Positions 10,666 through 19,595 of a stretch of DNA of 64,000 bases are shown piece by piece. The stretch spans positions 32,614-96,613 of the forward strand of contig CAZMOE010000007.1 of NCBI GenBank assembly GCA_964567855.1. Reading direction: 5' to 3'. The position numbers and the translations under genes are program-made. Below the pieces are notes generated by a model that did not search any database, was not told where the DNA came from, and saw only the letters and a list, made by a program, of their open reading frames with translations. The stretch comes from an uncultured Prevotellaceae bacterium (GTDB taxonomy: Bacteria > Bacteroidota > Bacteroidia > Bacteroidales > UBA3663). Within the stretch, counting starts at the first letter, position 1. Every line of letters begins with the position of its first letter.

Positions 10666-10862
10666 TCACCTATGGAAACGTTCCGTCTCATATATGAATC
10701 AGGTCCGAAGTTTCCGGATATCGGTTTAACCCGTCGTGGATGGGGGGATATCGCCGGATTTTCAGATTGTAAAATAAGTAGGGGCCGTTTTCACTCTGTA
10801 GAAAGCGGGAATTTGTAAACGGGCGACGCATCCTTATAAAAACAAAGTAGTTTATTTTTTAT

Positions 10863-11465
10863 ATGAATATTCTTTATCTTCACGGCATGGCTTCCAGCCA
10901 CCAGTCAGAAACGGCCGCTTATTTGCGCAAGTATCTCCCGGAACATAGAATCATTGTTCCGGATCTTTCGATCGATCCGGCCCTCTCTTTTCCTTTGATA
11001 GACCGGTTGATCCGTGAGGAAAAAATAGATTTGCTGGTTGGCCATTCCTTGGGAGGCTTTATGGCGCAGAAATATACGGGCATGAAGAAAGTGCTTGTCA
11101 ATCCATGTTTGGGAACCTCTTTTTTCCGTCTCTTTCTTGGGCGGAACCGGTATAAGCATCCTCGTTATGACGGGATACCTTTCTATGTAGTCACGCCGGC
11201 AATCTGTGTCGCTTATAAACGGATGGAACATACGCAGTTTGATAGTCTTACCCCTATTGACGATGACCGGACCATAGGTCTGTTTGCCCGCTATGACCTT
11301 TATACACGTCTTTCGGCCCATCGTTTCAAGAGGCATTACACTCATCGTCGTCTTATTGCCGGCCGGCATTTTCCTACAGAGACTACGGTGAGGGATTTTA
11401 TAGTTCCCGCTATCAGGGACCTGATGGACCATGGGGGATTGCCGGCCGTCGAAAGTTGTGAATAG
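10863..11465 (+). CDS. YqiA/UPF0227-like alpha/beta-hydrolase esterase
   Basis: 200 aa. N-terminus ILYLHGMASS and nucleophile elbow GHSLGG. Confidence 0.7.
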   Translation: MNILYLHGMASSHQSETAAYLRKYLPEHRIIVPDLSIDPALSFPLIDRLIREEKIDLLVGHSLGGFMAQKYTGMKKVLVNPCLGTSFFRLFLGRNRYKHPRYDGIPFYVVTPAICVAYKRMEHTQFDSLTPIDDDRTIGLFARYDLYTRLSAHRFKRHYTHRRLIAGRHFPTETTVRDFIVPAIRDLMDHGGLPAVESCE

Positions 11466-11501
11466 CTTATAAGAGCTGCTTCCGGCGCATCGGGAGGCGG
11501 T

Positions 11502-11535
11502 AAACAGACGGTGATCGCCGTCTGTTTTGTTTCGG
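11502..11535 (+). terminator. rho-independent terminator after the esterase gene
   Basis: Perfect 10-bp stem: aaacagacgg (11502-11511) and ccgtctgttt (11518-11527), with a 6-nt loop and a T-rich tail. Confidence 0.7.
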
Positions 11536-11863
11536 TTGCGGCAGTTGGCCGTCATGGTGACGGTAGCGGCAATACGGGAACTGCCGGTAATAGTCTTGGT
11601 GGCGGATGAAAAATTGCGGGGCGCGTCTCCCGTATTATGATAGCCGGTCGGCGCTATGCCGCGTCATGGGCAGAGCCTCAGAAGAGTTCTTCCCTGAGGC
11701 CGGATAGATGATTATATGGAGTAGAAATTGCTTTCGGAAAAGGAAATAGAGCCATTTATACTATAATTGCTTCTTAAAATTGAGATTTTAGGTTGTTACA
11801 TTTCGTTGTTGGAAATTTATCCGTATCTTCGTCCGATTGAAGTATATAAAACTTATTGTATCC

Positions 11864-14617
11864 ATGAAAAAAACACTATTTTTAATGACCTGCCTGTGCA
11901 ATGTTTTTATGCTGGCGCAGGCTCAGATTTATGTAGCTACCGACGGTGATGATGGCAATCCTGGCACAGAGGACCTGCCTTTGCTTACAATTCATAAGGC
12001 GGTCGACATTGTGCAGCCCGGAGAGACCATCTGGGTAAAAGGGGGAACCTATTACATTGAGGAACGCATCAAAATTCCGGCCAAAGAGACCTCGGTTGAC
12101 CGGCGTATCTGTCTGTGGGCCGTGCCGGGAGAACGCGTCGTGATCGATGCTTCGCCCATGCATCACACGACACAGTCCGAGTTTAAGATGGGGCGTTGCA
12201 TTTATGTGAATCATCTGGCCAATTACTGGCATTTCAAGGGGCTGACGCTTTGTCATGCCGAAGATAACGGTATGAAGATCGAAGGTAGTTATAATATCGT
12301 TGAGAATTGTGTGTTTCATGATAACAACGATACGGGGTTGCAGATCGGCATGTATAAGGACTTCTCCATAGAAGAGACGAAAGAGCTTCCGGCCGGTTCG
12401 CCCCAGTTCAATCCGGGCTATCGCTTCTGCCGGGGCAATGTGGTGATCAATTGCGATGCCTATAACAATTGCGACCTCCGTACTTACAACGGAACCGACG
12501 ACGGCGGCGATGCCGACGGCTTTGCCTGCAAGCTCTTTCCTGGACCGGGAACGGAATTCCACGGTTGCCGCGCCTGGAATAACAGCGACGATAACTGGGA
12601 TCTGTATATGGTCTATCATCCGGTGGTCATCGACGGCTGTTGGTCCTACAAGGCCGGCTACACGCCCGAGGATAAGGCCATCGGCAATGGTAATGGTTTT
12701 AAACTGGGCGGCGGGGGCTCCAGCGGCGGGGCGGCTTTCGCTCAATCGGTGGGGGCGCACGTTGTCACCAACTGTGTCGCTTTTGACTGTCTTCACAAAG
12801 GCTTTGACCAGAACAATGCCTATGAGGGCATGTATATTTTGAACTGTACGGCCTGGGGAAATGAATATAATTATCGTTTTCCGACCGTATTCAAATATGG
12901 AGGTATGTATATCCGTAACTGTATAGGCTTCAATCCCGGTAAGCTGAACCATGAATTTCTGTCGGCGGATAAAACCGGCGCTGTGGAACCCGATACCGAT
13001 TACAATAGCTGGACCACGCTGGACGGTTGCAATCCTTACAAGGAGGGGCAGAAAGTGGGCAACGAGAAGCCCAAGACCAAAGATTACAGCGATCAGTTCC
13101 AAAGCCTTGCAGTTGCCGATTTCATGGCTCCGCGAGGGGCTGACGGCTCTTTACCTGACAACGGCTTTGCCCGGCTGGTGGACGGCAGTGTCATGATCGA
13201 CCGCGGAGAGGTGATCAGTGGCTTTGTCCCGGCCCGTTTTATGACCGAAGAGGAGGCGCAGGCCGGCGGATTGGAACTGGTTACGGCCTCTTCTGTGACG
13301 TTGCCTTATAATGATGCGGCTCCCGATTTCGGCGCTTTTGAGACCGGCGTTTCTACGCGTGCGACTTTAGTATTGTATAGCGGCAGTCCGGTGCAGACGG
13401 TCTACAGAGGTTCTTCCATTGCTCCGGTTACTTACTGTTGGGGACAGGCGGCTACCGGCGTTGAAGTTTTGGATTTGCCTGAAACCATGACAAGTGAAAT
13501 CGATGAGACCGCTCGACTTGTGACTATTGCTGGAATTGCAGGGGAGGATGCCCGGATTATTGTCAGGACGATGGGAGGCGAGAACGTTGTGGCGGATACG
13601 GTGCGGATCACGGTTTCCGATTTGCAGCCGGCTACGCTGGTTTGTCTCACGGGCAATGCTTCGCAGACCGTATTTTTTGCAGCTGCTTTAGAGGATATTC
13701 GTTTTGAAATGGGTGGCGGGGCCACCGCCTTCGAGGTCGATGGCCTGCCTGCAGGTTTGCTATGGAATGTTGACGGCCAGGTGCTTACTATCAGTGGTTA
13801 TCCGGAAGTTTCCGGTACCTATACGGTAACCGCGGTCGGTGGGATGGAGCCGGTTTCCATGACCGGTACTATTTCCATGAAGATTCCCTCTCATGTTTTA
13901 ACGGGCGGATGGTATCCGTTCCAGGATCCTGCCGATGACTTGCCGTCTGATCTTGCTGACGTTATTTCTTTGGTGCAGGGCAATGATGCAACGCATCTCT
14001 CGTCCATCGATCCGGAGAAAACCGAAAGCGGAAGTGTTCCGGCCGGATGTACGGCAGGAGCCGTTGTCATGGGGCGTTCCGGCGGTGGCATACAGTGGCA
14101 TTTCCCCAATGGTGTGATAGATTTGATGGTAAATCTTCATTTTACCGGCAGCCGCACATTCAAAATCGAATGGGAAAAGGCCGATGGAGCTGCCGGCAGT
14201 GTAACGACAGGCAAATTGTCAAAGGGAACCTATTGCCAGTGGGATGTTCTTTCCAACGCAGGGCTTGATAGTTGCGGGCAGGCGATTACGATTCGTCTTA
14301 CCAATGAGGCGACGGGTGGAGAAGTGCGTATGTATGATATGTATGCCGAAGTATATGGTGAAGGTCCTGTGGTTATCGAAAGTCTCGAAAAAAGGAGGGG
14401 TGATGCCCATCCGGTTATTTATATGACGGAAACTTATCTGATTGTCGAGGGAACGGACGTTGCTTCCCTGGCATTGTATGATATGAACGGTTGTCGGATG
14501 CGCGGCAGCTTCCGTTCCCGTCTTTGCAACATCGCGGGACTTCCTTCCGGAATGTATATATTGGGCATTCACAAGGCTGATGGCGGCGTGATTTGCAAAA
14601 AAATAACCCTGAAATAG
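11864..14617 (+). CDS. PL9-like right-handed beta-helix pectate lyase with Ig-like repeats and T9SS C-terminal sorting domain
   Basis: ATG at 11864 (the ORF-track start 11837 is TTG). N-terminus IYVATDGDDGNPGTEDLPLLTIHKAVDIVQPGETIWVKGGTY. Motifs GDADGFACK and NSDDNWDLYM. He_PIG-like repeat LPAGLLWNVDGQVLTISGYPEVSGTYTVTA. Tail LALYDMNGCRMRG...LPSGMYILGIHKADGGVICKKITLK. Confidence 0.8.
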   Translation: MKKTLFLMTCLCNVFMLAQAQIYVATDGDDGNPGTEDLPLLTIHKAVDIVQPGETIWVKGGTYYIEERIKIPAKETSVDRRICLWAVPGERVVIDASPMHHTTQSEFKMGRCIYVNHLANYWHFKGLTLCHAEDNGMKIEGSYNIVENCVFHDNNDTGLQIGMYKDFSIEETKELPAGSPQFNPGYRFCRGNVVINCDAYNNCDLRTYNGTDDGGDADGFACKLFPGPGTEFHGCRAWNNSDDNWDLYMVYHPVVIDGCWSYKAGYTPEDKAIGNGNGFKLGGGGSSGGAAFAQSVGAHVVTNCVAFDCLHKGFDQNNAYEGMYILNCTAWGNEYNYRFPTVFKYGGMYIRNCIGFNPGKLNHEFLSADKTGAVEPDTDYNSWTTLDGCNPYKEGQKVGNEKPKTKDYSDQFQSLAVADFMAPRGADGSLPDNGFARLVDGSVMIDRGEVISGFVPARFMTEEEAQAGGLELVTASSVTLPYNDAAPDFGAFETGVSTRATLVLYSGSPVQTVYRGSSIAPVTYCWGQAATGVEVLDLPETMTSEIDETARLVTIAGIAGEDARIIVRTMGGENVVADTVRITVSDLQPATLVCLTGNASQTVFFAAALEDIRFEMGGGATAFEVDGLPAGLLWNVDGQVLTISGYPEVSGTYTVTAVGGMEPVSMTGTISMKIPSHVLTGGWYPFQDPADDLPSDLADVISLVQGNDATHLSSIDPEKTESGSVPAGCTAGAVVMGRSGGGIQWHFPNGVIDLMVNLHFTGSRTFKIEWEKADGAAGSVTTGKLSKGTYCQWDVLSNAGLDSCGQAITIRLTNEATGGEVRMYDMYAEVYGEGPVVIESLEKRRGDAHPVIYMTETYLIVEGTDVASLALYDMNGCRMRGSFRSRLCNIAGLPSGMYILGIHKADGGVICKKITLK

Positions 14618-14730
14618 AGAAATACCTATTTGTAGCGATTGCAGTATCTTCGGAAACACCCGATCTTTGCCATCGGAAAATAAGAAGAACCATGTAGTGT
14701 TTAAGAAGATAGTTGGTACTAATGAAAGCA

Positions 14731-14757
14731 CCGCCGGACTCGGGAAGAGTCCGGCGG
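14731..14757. terminator. bidirectional hairpin between convergent genes
   Basis: Perfect 11-bp stem: ccgccggactc and gagtccggcgg, with a 5-nt loop gggaa. It lies between the lyase stop (14617) and the flavoprotein stop (14799). Confidence 0.55.
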
Positions 14758-14798
14758 TTGCGGTTATAGTGGGGTCGGTAATTGATGTGTGGATACTT

Positions 14799-15419
14799 TT
14801 AACGGATAAAATTCGTCTTTTGCGAAGCTTCCGGGACGGGCTGCATAACTCCGGCCTGGCGTCCGGCATCCAGACAATGCAGGAGATAGGCCATATTTTT
14901 ACCCAATGTACGCATGGTTTGCATGCCTTCCAGATCTTTGCGGGCCTCGTCGGCATTGTTGCCATGTATCTGGTTCCAGTATTGGGAACCTACGACCAGC
15001 ATTTGAGCGATGGTAAAGTATTTGTTGATTTCATCGAATGCGGCAGTGGCCCCACCACGGCGACAGCTGACTACGGCAGCGGCAGGTTTGAGTCGGAAAA
15101 GGTGCGTGCGGCCGTAAAACACTCTGTCCATGAAGCTGCTGAGTGCTCCGCTGCAGGCGGCAAAATGGACGGCAGAGCCGAAAATGAAGCCGTCGGCGGT
15201 TGCGGCTTTGTCGATGAACTGATTGACAACGTCCTTACGGAAACAGTGTCCCGTATTGAGGCAGACATTGCAGCCGATGCATCCGGCAACGGGATCGTTG
15301 CCCAGCCAGAAAAATTCGGTCTCGATACCATTCTCATTCAACATCTTTGCCGCTTCTTGCAGTGCGGTATCGGTAGCTCCGTGAGGGTGCGGGCTACCGT
15401 TGACAAGGATAACTTTCAT
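14799..15419 (-). CDS. NAD(P)H-dependent FMN reductase / iron-sulfur flavoprotein (Isf)-like
   Basis: 206 aa. Flavodoxin-like N-terminus MKVILVNGSPHPHG. Compact Cys cluster CIGCNVCLNTGHC (CX2CX2CX5C). Confidence 0.75.
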   Translation of the reverse strand: MKVILVNGSPHPHGATDTALQEAAKMLNENGIETEFFWLGNDPVAGCIGCNVCLNTGHCFRKDVVNQFIDKAATADGFIFGSAVHFAACSGALSSFMDRVFYGRTHLFRLKPAAAVVSCRRGGATAAFDEINKYFTIAQMLVVGSQYWNQIHGNNADEARKDLEGMQTMRTLGKNMAYLLHCLDAGRQAGVMQPVPEASQKTNFIR

Positions 15420-15437
15420 AGCGATGGTGATAAATTT

Positions 15438-17342
15438 TTATTTCAATTGTTTGAGCAGTTCGTTGACAGCTTCCATATTTTTCTGAAATTCGGGTCGCTT
15501 GGTGTTGTTGAACAATTGTGTCCATAGCTGGGAACTGACAGACAGGTTCTTTTTGGCTTCTGTAAATTCGCGGAAGTGCATCTGTGTCTGTCCGGCCTTT
15601 GTATGGAGCATAGCAACGTCGCGGCACAGCGTTTCGTCGATACGTACGTTCTGGATTTTCTGTATCTGTTCGATGGCATACAGATAGGCCTGTTTTTCGG
15701 GAATCAGACTATTGGTGTTGTGATAATAATCTCCCACTTCCAATGTGGCATTGATAAGGAAGTGGATTACCCGGCCGTCTTTAGGATAAACGGCAAAACA
15801 ATCTTTCGCCAACTGCATGTTGGTTTCGAGAACCATCTTCAGGTCGTACAGTTTTTTTCTTTCGCGGCGATAATGCATGCCCAATAAATGGTTTGTCACC
15901 GAAAGGGCGAGGCGTGCCATCAGCTGGTCGGCCGACATGGCTGTTTGTTTTTCCTTATCGGCTTTGATGGTCTGGCCTAAAAGACGTTCCTGAAGAATCT
16001 GAGCCTCGGTGAGAGCGGATAAACTATCTTCTATACGGTCGTTTTGCAGGCAAATTTCGCCAAGCGCCTGATAGAGAGAAGAACGTTTGGCCATTTCGGC
16101 CATTGCATTTTTCTTTTCGTCGCTTTCGTCCATCTTGTCTCTATTGTCCTGAGTTTCGGATAGATAGTTCTGAAGAAGTTCGATAGTCGGCTGGGCGTAG
16201 TTTTTGAATTCTTCCTGCAAGGGTTGCGGCAAGGCATGGTAAAGCTTGCTCATTTCGATGTGTTGGGTTATTACCTTGTCGAGCAGGAGCGCTTTTCGTT
16301 CAACATCGGTTTCTTCTTCCAAAATTTTGTTTTCCAATGGTACAAGGGTGTCGAAGAAAAGCGCGACGGCCTTAGGTTGCATCATTTCTTGGCTGATGCG
16401 GAGGGCGAGCCAAAGGTAATCGAGTTGCTGGAGGGTGATTTCTGCGGCCGGTTTGTGCTCGAAGATTCGCATGATGCCGCCTACGGCGCTGATGAAATAA
16501 TTCTGGGCTTCCTTTTCTTGCTTGAGCATTCGGGCGCTTTGTGCCTGACGAAGTTTGGCGATGCCTAAAATCAAGCCGAAATTCAGTGAATTGCTCTCTC
16601 TGACGATGCCCTCGATCCGACTTTCCAGTTCATTGATAATCGGTTGTTGCAGCTGCGGATGAGCAAGTATGGCCATAACATCGTTGAGCAATATGAGGAA
16701 GAGTTTTTCACGGTTGAACTCTATGACATCGGTCATATCCCATACGCATTTCTTGACCTCTTCGGGCGCATCTTTGAGAGCGTGGCCGAGGGTCATGATA
16801 GCAATGCGAAGGCTTTCTCCTTCTGCTTCCGAAATATATCTGGCAGCTTCGTAGGGAAGGGAAGAATCGAGCAGGAGATGCATGGCCTGGGTCATGCGGA
16901 GGGGATCTGCGTCCGGTAGAGAAACAAGATGATAGGCAATGTCGGAACTGAAACTTTTGCGGCTTTCGGGACTCATCTGTTTCAGAAGTTCCTCGCGTAG
17001 TTGCGGATTGATGATATAAAGGTCCATGCCCGGCACTAATTGCCGGCTATCCAACAGCGGGAAGTCAAAAGCATTTATAAAGTCGGAGAAGGGTGCTGCT
17101 TTCCAGTCTTCGCCGATCAGGGTCTGGAGATCGGAAGGTCGCAGGCCTCCGGCAGAAACCGTTATGTATTTGACTGCTTCGAGAATCTGGTCTTCACCCC
17201 AGATGTCGGCGGCTTTCTGAACGACGGTCATATAGAGGGTTGCATCTTCGGCCGTAGGCTTGTATGAATTGTCTGTGCGGAATTTCTTGAGTTGTTCAAG
17301 CTCTCCGGTTTGGATGGATTGTATAAATTCTTGTTGTTTCAT
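15438..17342 (-). CDS. hypothetical all-alpha (helical-repeat-like) protein, function unknown
   Basis: 634-aa ORF with no signal peptide or TM segment. Rich in Leu, Glu, Gln and Lys. No catalytic motif recognised. It starts 57 nt after the nadE stop and ends 18 nt before the Isf-like start. Confidence 0.7.
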   Translation of the reverse strand: MKQQEFIQSIQTGELEQLKKFRTDNSYKPTAEDATLYMTVVQKAADIWGEDQILEAVKYITVSAGGLRPSDLQTLIGEDWKAAPFSDFINAFDFPLLDSRQLVPGMDLYIINPQLREELLKQMSPESRKSFSSDIAYHLVSLPDADPLRMTQAMHLLLDSSLPYEAARYISEAEGESLRIAIMTLGHALKDAPEEVKKCVWDMTDVIEFNREKLFLILLNDVMAILAHPQLQQPIINELESRIEGIVRESNSLNFGLILGIAKLRQAQSARMLKQEKEAQNYFISAVGGIMRIFEHKPAAEITLQQLDYLWLALRISQEMMQPKAVALFFDTLVPLENKILEEETDVERKALLLDKVITQHIEMSKLYHALPQPLQEEFKNYAQPTIELLQNYLSETQDNRDKMDESDEKKNAMAEMAKRSSLYQALGEICLQNDRIEDSLSALTEAQILQERLLGQTIKADKEKQTAMSADQLMARLALSVTNHLLGMHYRRERKKLYDLKMVLETNMQLAKDCFAVYPKDGRVIHFLINATLEVGDYYHNTNSLIPEKQAYLYAIEQIQKIQNVRIDETLCRDVAMLHTKAGQTQMHFREFTEAKKNLSVSSQLWTQLFNNTKRPEFQKNMEAVNELLKQLK

Positions 17343-17399
17343 TGATGATATGGTGATGTTTGTTGTTTTGTGATTTGATTTAGCGTGAAACGTGTGCTC

Positions 17400-19361
17400 T
17401 TAGGGTATATTGTCGAGCGTTTTTACCTCTTCCAGCCAGATACGGGCCTGTGCGTCGCTGGGCATGCGCCAGTCTCCGCGCGGAGAAAGGCTGACCGTGC
17501 CTACTTTAGGGCCGTCAGGCAGGCAGGACCGCTTGAATTGTTGTTGGAAAAAGCGGTAAAAGAAGTTGCGCAGCCATTTCTTTAATGTGGCAGGAGGGTA
17601 AACGTCGTTGAAAGCTTTGCGGGCAAGGAAATAGATCTTGCAGGGAGAGGCTCCGAAACGGAAACTGTGATATAGGAAGAAATCATGCAGCTCGTAGGGG
17701 CCGATGAGGTCTTCGGTTTTTTGGGCAATATTGCCGTTGGCATCGGTCGGAATCAGTTCCGGGCTGATGGGAGTATCGATGATGTCAAGCAGAATTTCGC
17801 GTGAATGCCGGTCTACGTTGGTGTCGGCGACCCATTGTACAAGGTGTCGGACCAGTGTTTTGGGGATGCTGGTATTGACGGCATACATGCTCATGTGGTC
17901 GCCGTTGTAGGTGCACCAGCCGAGTGCGAGTTCGGAAAGGTCACCGGTGCCGATGACTATTCCTCCGGTTTGATTGGAGGCATCCATCAGAATCTGGGTC
18001 CGCTCGCGGGCCTGACAGTTTTCATAGGTCACGTCGTGAACTGAACCATCGATGTCGAGATCTTTGAAATGTTGGGTGACGCTTTCGCGGATGCTGATTT
18101 CACGCATCGTGATACCTAAGGACTCCATCAGCCCGAGGCTGTTGCGATAGGTGCGCCCGGAGGTGCCGAAGCCGGGCATGGTGATACCGATGACCCGTTT
18201 GCGATCCCATCCCAATTTATCGAATGCCTTGACAGTGACGAGGAGGGCGAGTGTGGAATCCAGTCCGCCGGAGATGCCGATGACTGCGGTCCTTGCCTGA
18301 ATATGGTTGAGACGGGTCACAAGGCCGGCGACCTGAATGTCGAAAATTTCACGACATCTGATTTCCCTGTCGGTCGAATCTGCCGGCACGAAAGGCCTGG
18401 GATCGATGTATCTGTTCAGATTCTGTTCAAAGTTAGGGGTATGAACAGTATGGGCGGTGATCAGGCGGTAGCGGGAAGCACCTTCACCGGCCTGATAGTA
18501 GGTTGTTTGTCTGCGGCGAAGGACTTGCAGTTTCTCGATGTCGGTATCGGCGACGAGAAGAGCGGGATCCATAGAGAATCTGGTGCTTTCGGCCAGCAGG
18601 GAACCGTTTTCTGCAATCAGTCCTTTGCCTGCAAATACGAGGTCGGTACTTGATTCGCCGAATCCGGCGGACGCATAGACATAGGTCGCTGCCAATCGTC
18701 CTGATTGAGATGCAATCATCTGTTTCAGGTAGGCGTGCTTGCCCAGAACCTCATCACTTGCCGAAAGATTCAGGATTACATTGGCGCCGGCCAATGCCAG
18801 CCGGGACGAGGGGGGGATCGGAACCCAGAGATCTTCGCACAGCTCGATGCCGATAGTGGCCTCATTCAGTCTGATCAGAAGATCCGTGCCGAACGGAACG
18901 GGTTTTGTCATGCCAGGGACTTCCACATATGTGCCGGTCGGGATTTCCAAGCCGCTGGCAAACCAGCGGGTTTCATAAAATTCGTTGTAATCGGGCAGAT
19001 AGGTTTTCGGCACGATGGCGAGGATTTCGCCCTTCTGAATGAATGCCGCCGTGTTGTAGATGTGATTGCCCCACGCCAGAGGCAGACCGACACAGGCCGA
19101 AATGTCGGACGTCGACATTTCAGTGGCCAGTGTCACAAGGGCCTCCAGGGCTGTTTGTAACAATAAAGGTTGGTGAAACAGATCGGCACAAGTGTATCCG
19201 GTCAGCGAAAGCTCCGGAAAAACCACCAGCTGAACCTCCTGTCCGGCGGCTTTTTGTATGAGCCGGAGATGTTGTTCAAGATTGCTTTGGCAATCTGCTA
19301 TCTTTACGGTTGGAATGGCCGTTGCTACTCGAAATAAACCGTAATTATGGGGTGATGTCAT
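17400..19361 (-). CDS. nadE: glutamine-dependent NAD+ synthase
   Basis: CN-hydrolase domain VVFPELSLTGYTCADLF plus PP-loop IGISGGLDSTLALLV. Start set at ATG 19361 because a TAnnTTTG box lies between it and the upstream ATG at 19397, which remains an alternative start. Confidence 0.92.
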   Translation of the reverse strand: MTSPHNYGLFRVATAIPTVKIADCQSNLEQHLRLIQKAAGQEVQLVVFPELSLTGYTCADLFHQPLLLQTALEALVTLATEMSTSDISACVGLPLAWGNHIYNTAAFIQKGEILAIVPKTYLPDYNEFYETRWFASGLEIPTGTYVEVPGMTKPVPFGTDLLIRLNEATIGIELCEDLWVPIPPSSRLALAGANVILNLSASDEVLGKHAYLKQMIASQSGRLAATYVYASAGFGESSTDLVFAGKGLIAENGSLLAESTRFSMDPALLVADTDIEKLQVLRRRQTTYYQAGEGASRYRLITAHTVHTPNFEQNLNRYIDPRPFVPADSTDREIRCREIFDIQVAGLVTRLNHIQARTAVIGISGGLDSTLALLVTVKAFDKLGWDRKRVIGITMPGFGTSGRTYRNSLGLMESLGITMREISIRESVTQHFKDLDIDGSVHDVTYENCQARERTQILMDASNQTGGIVIGTGDLSELALGWCTYNGDHMSMYAVNTSIPKTLVRHLVQWVADTNVDRHSREILLDIIDTPISPELIPTDANGNIAQKTEDLIGPYELHDFFLYHSFRFGASPCKIYFLARKAFNDVYPPATLKKWLRNFFYRFFQQQFKRSCLPDGPKVGTVSLSPRGDWRMPSDAQARIWLEEVKTLDNIP

Positions 19362-19384
19362 GGGTATAAATACTTTCAAAGGTA

Positions 19385-19392
19385 CAAAAATA
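19385..19392 (-). promoter_or_regulatory. -7 box TAttTTTG for nadE
   Basis: caaaaata on the plus strand equals TATTTTTG on the minus strand, 24 nt upstream of ATG 19361. Confidence 0.4.
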
Positions 19393-19504
19393 CTCATAAA
19401 TTCCGAATTTTATGCTATCGGTAAGTTAAAAAAAGCGTAAGCAGGCTTTCCATAGAGTTTCTTTGCCGGGAAACGCTGTCGAAGCCGGAGGTTCGGACGA
19501 AATG

Positions 19505-19546
19505 AAAAATCCCCGCTGCGGAGTTTTCAGATAAACCGCTGCGGGG
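19505..19546 (-). terminator. rho-independent terminator of the arabinose operon
   Basis: ccccgctgcgg (19511-19521) pairs with ccgctgcgggg (19536-19546) with one central mismatch. On the minus strand it is followed by atttttcatt. It lies 50 nt after the araB stop. Confidence 0.65.
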
Positions 19547-19595
19547 AAAAGGGCTATGGGAGGGCGTTTATCTCCCGCCCGAGATGTTATACCGT

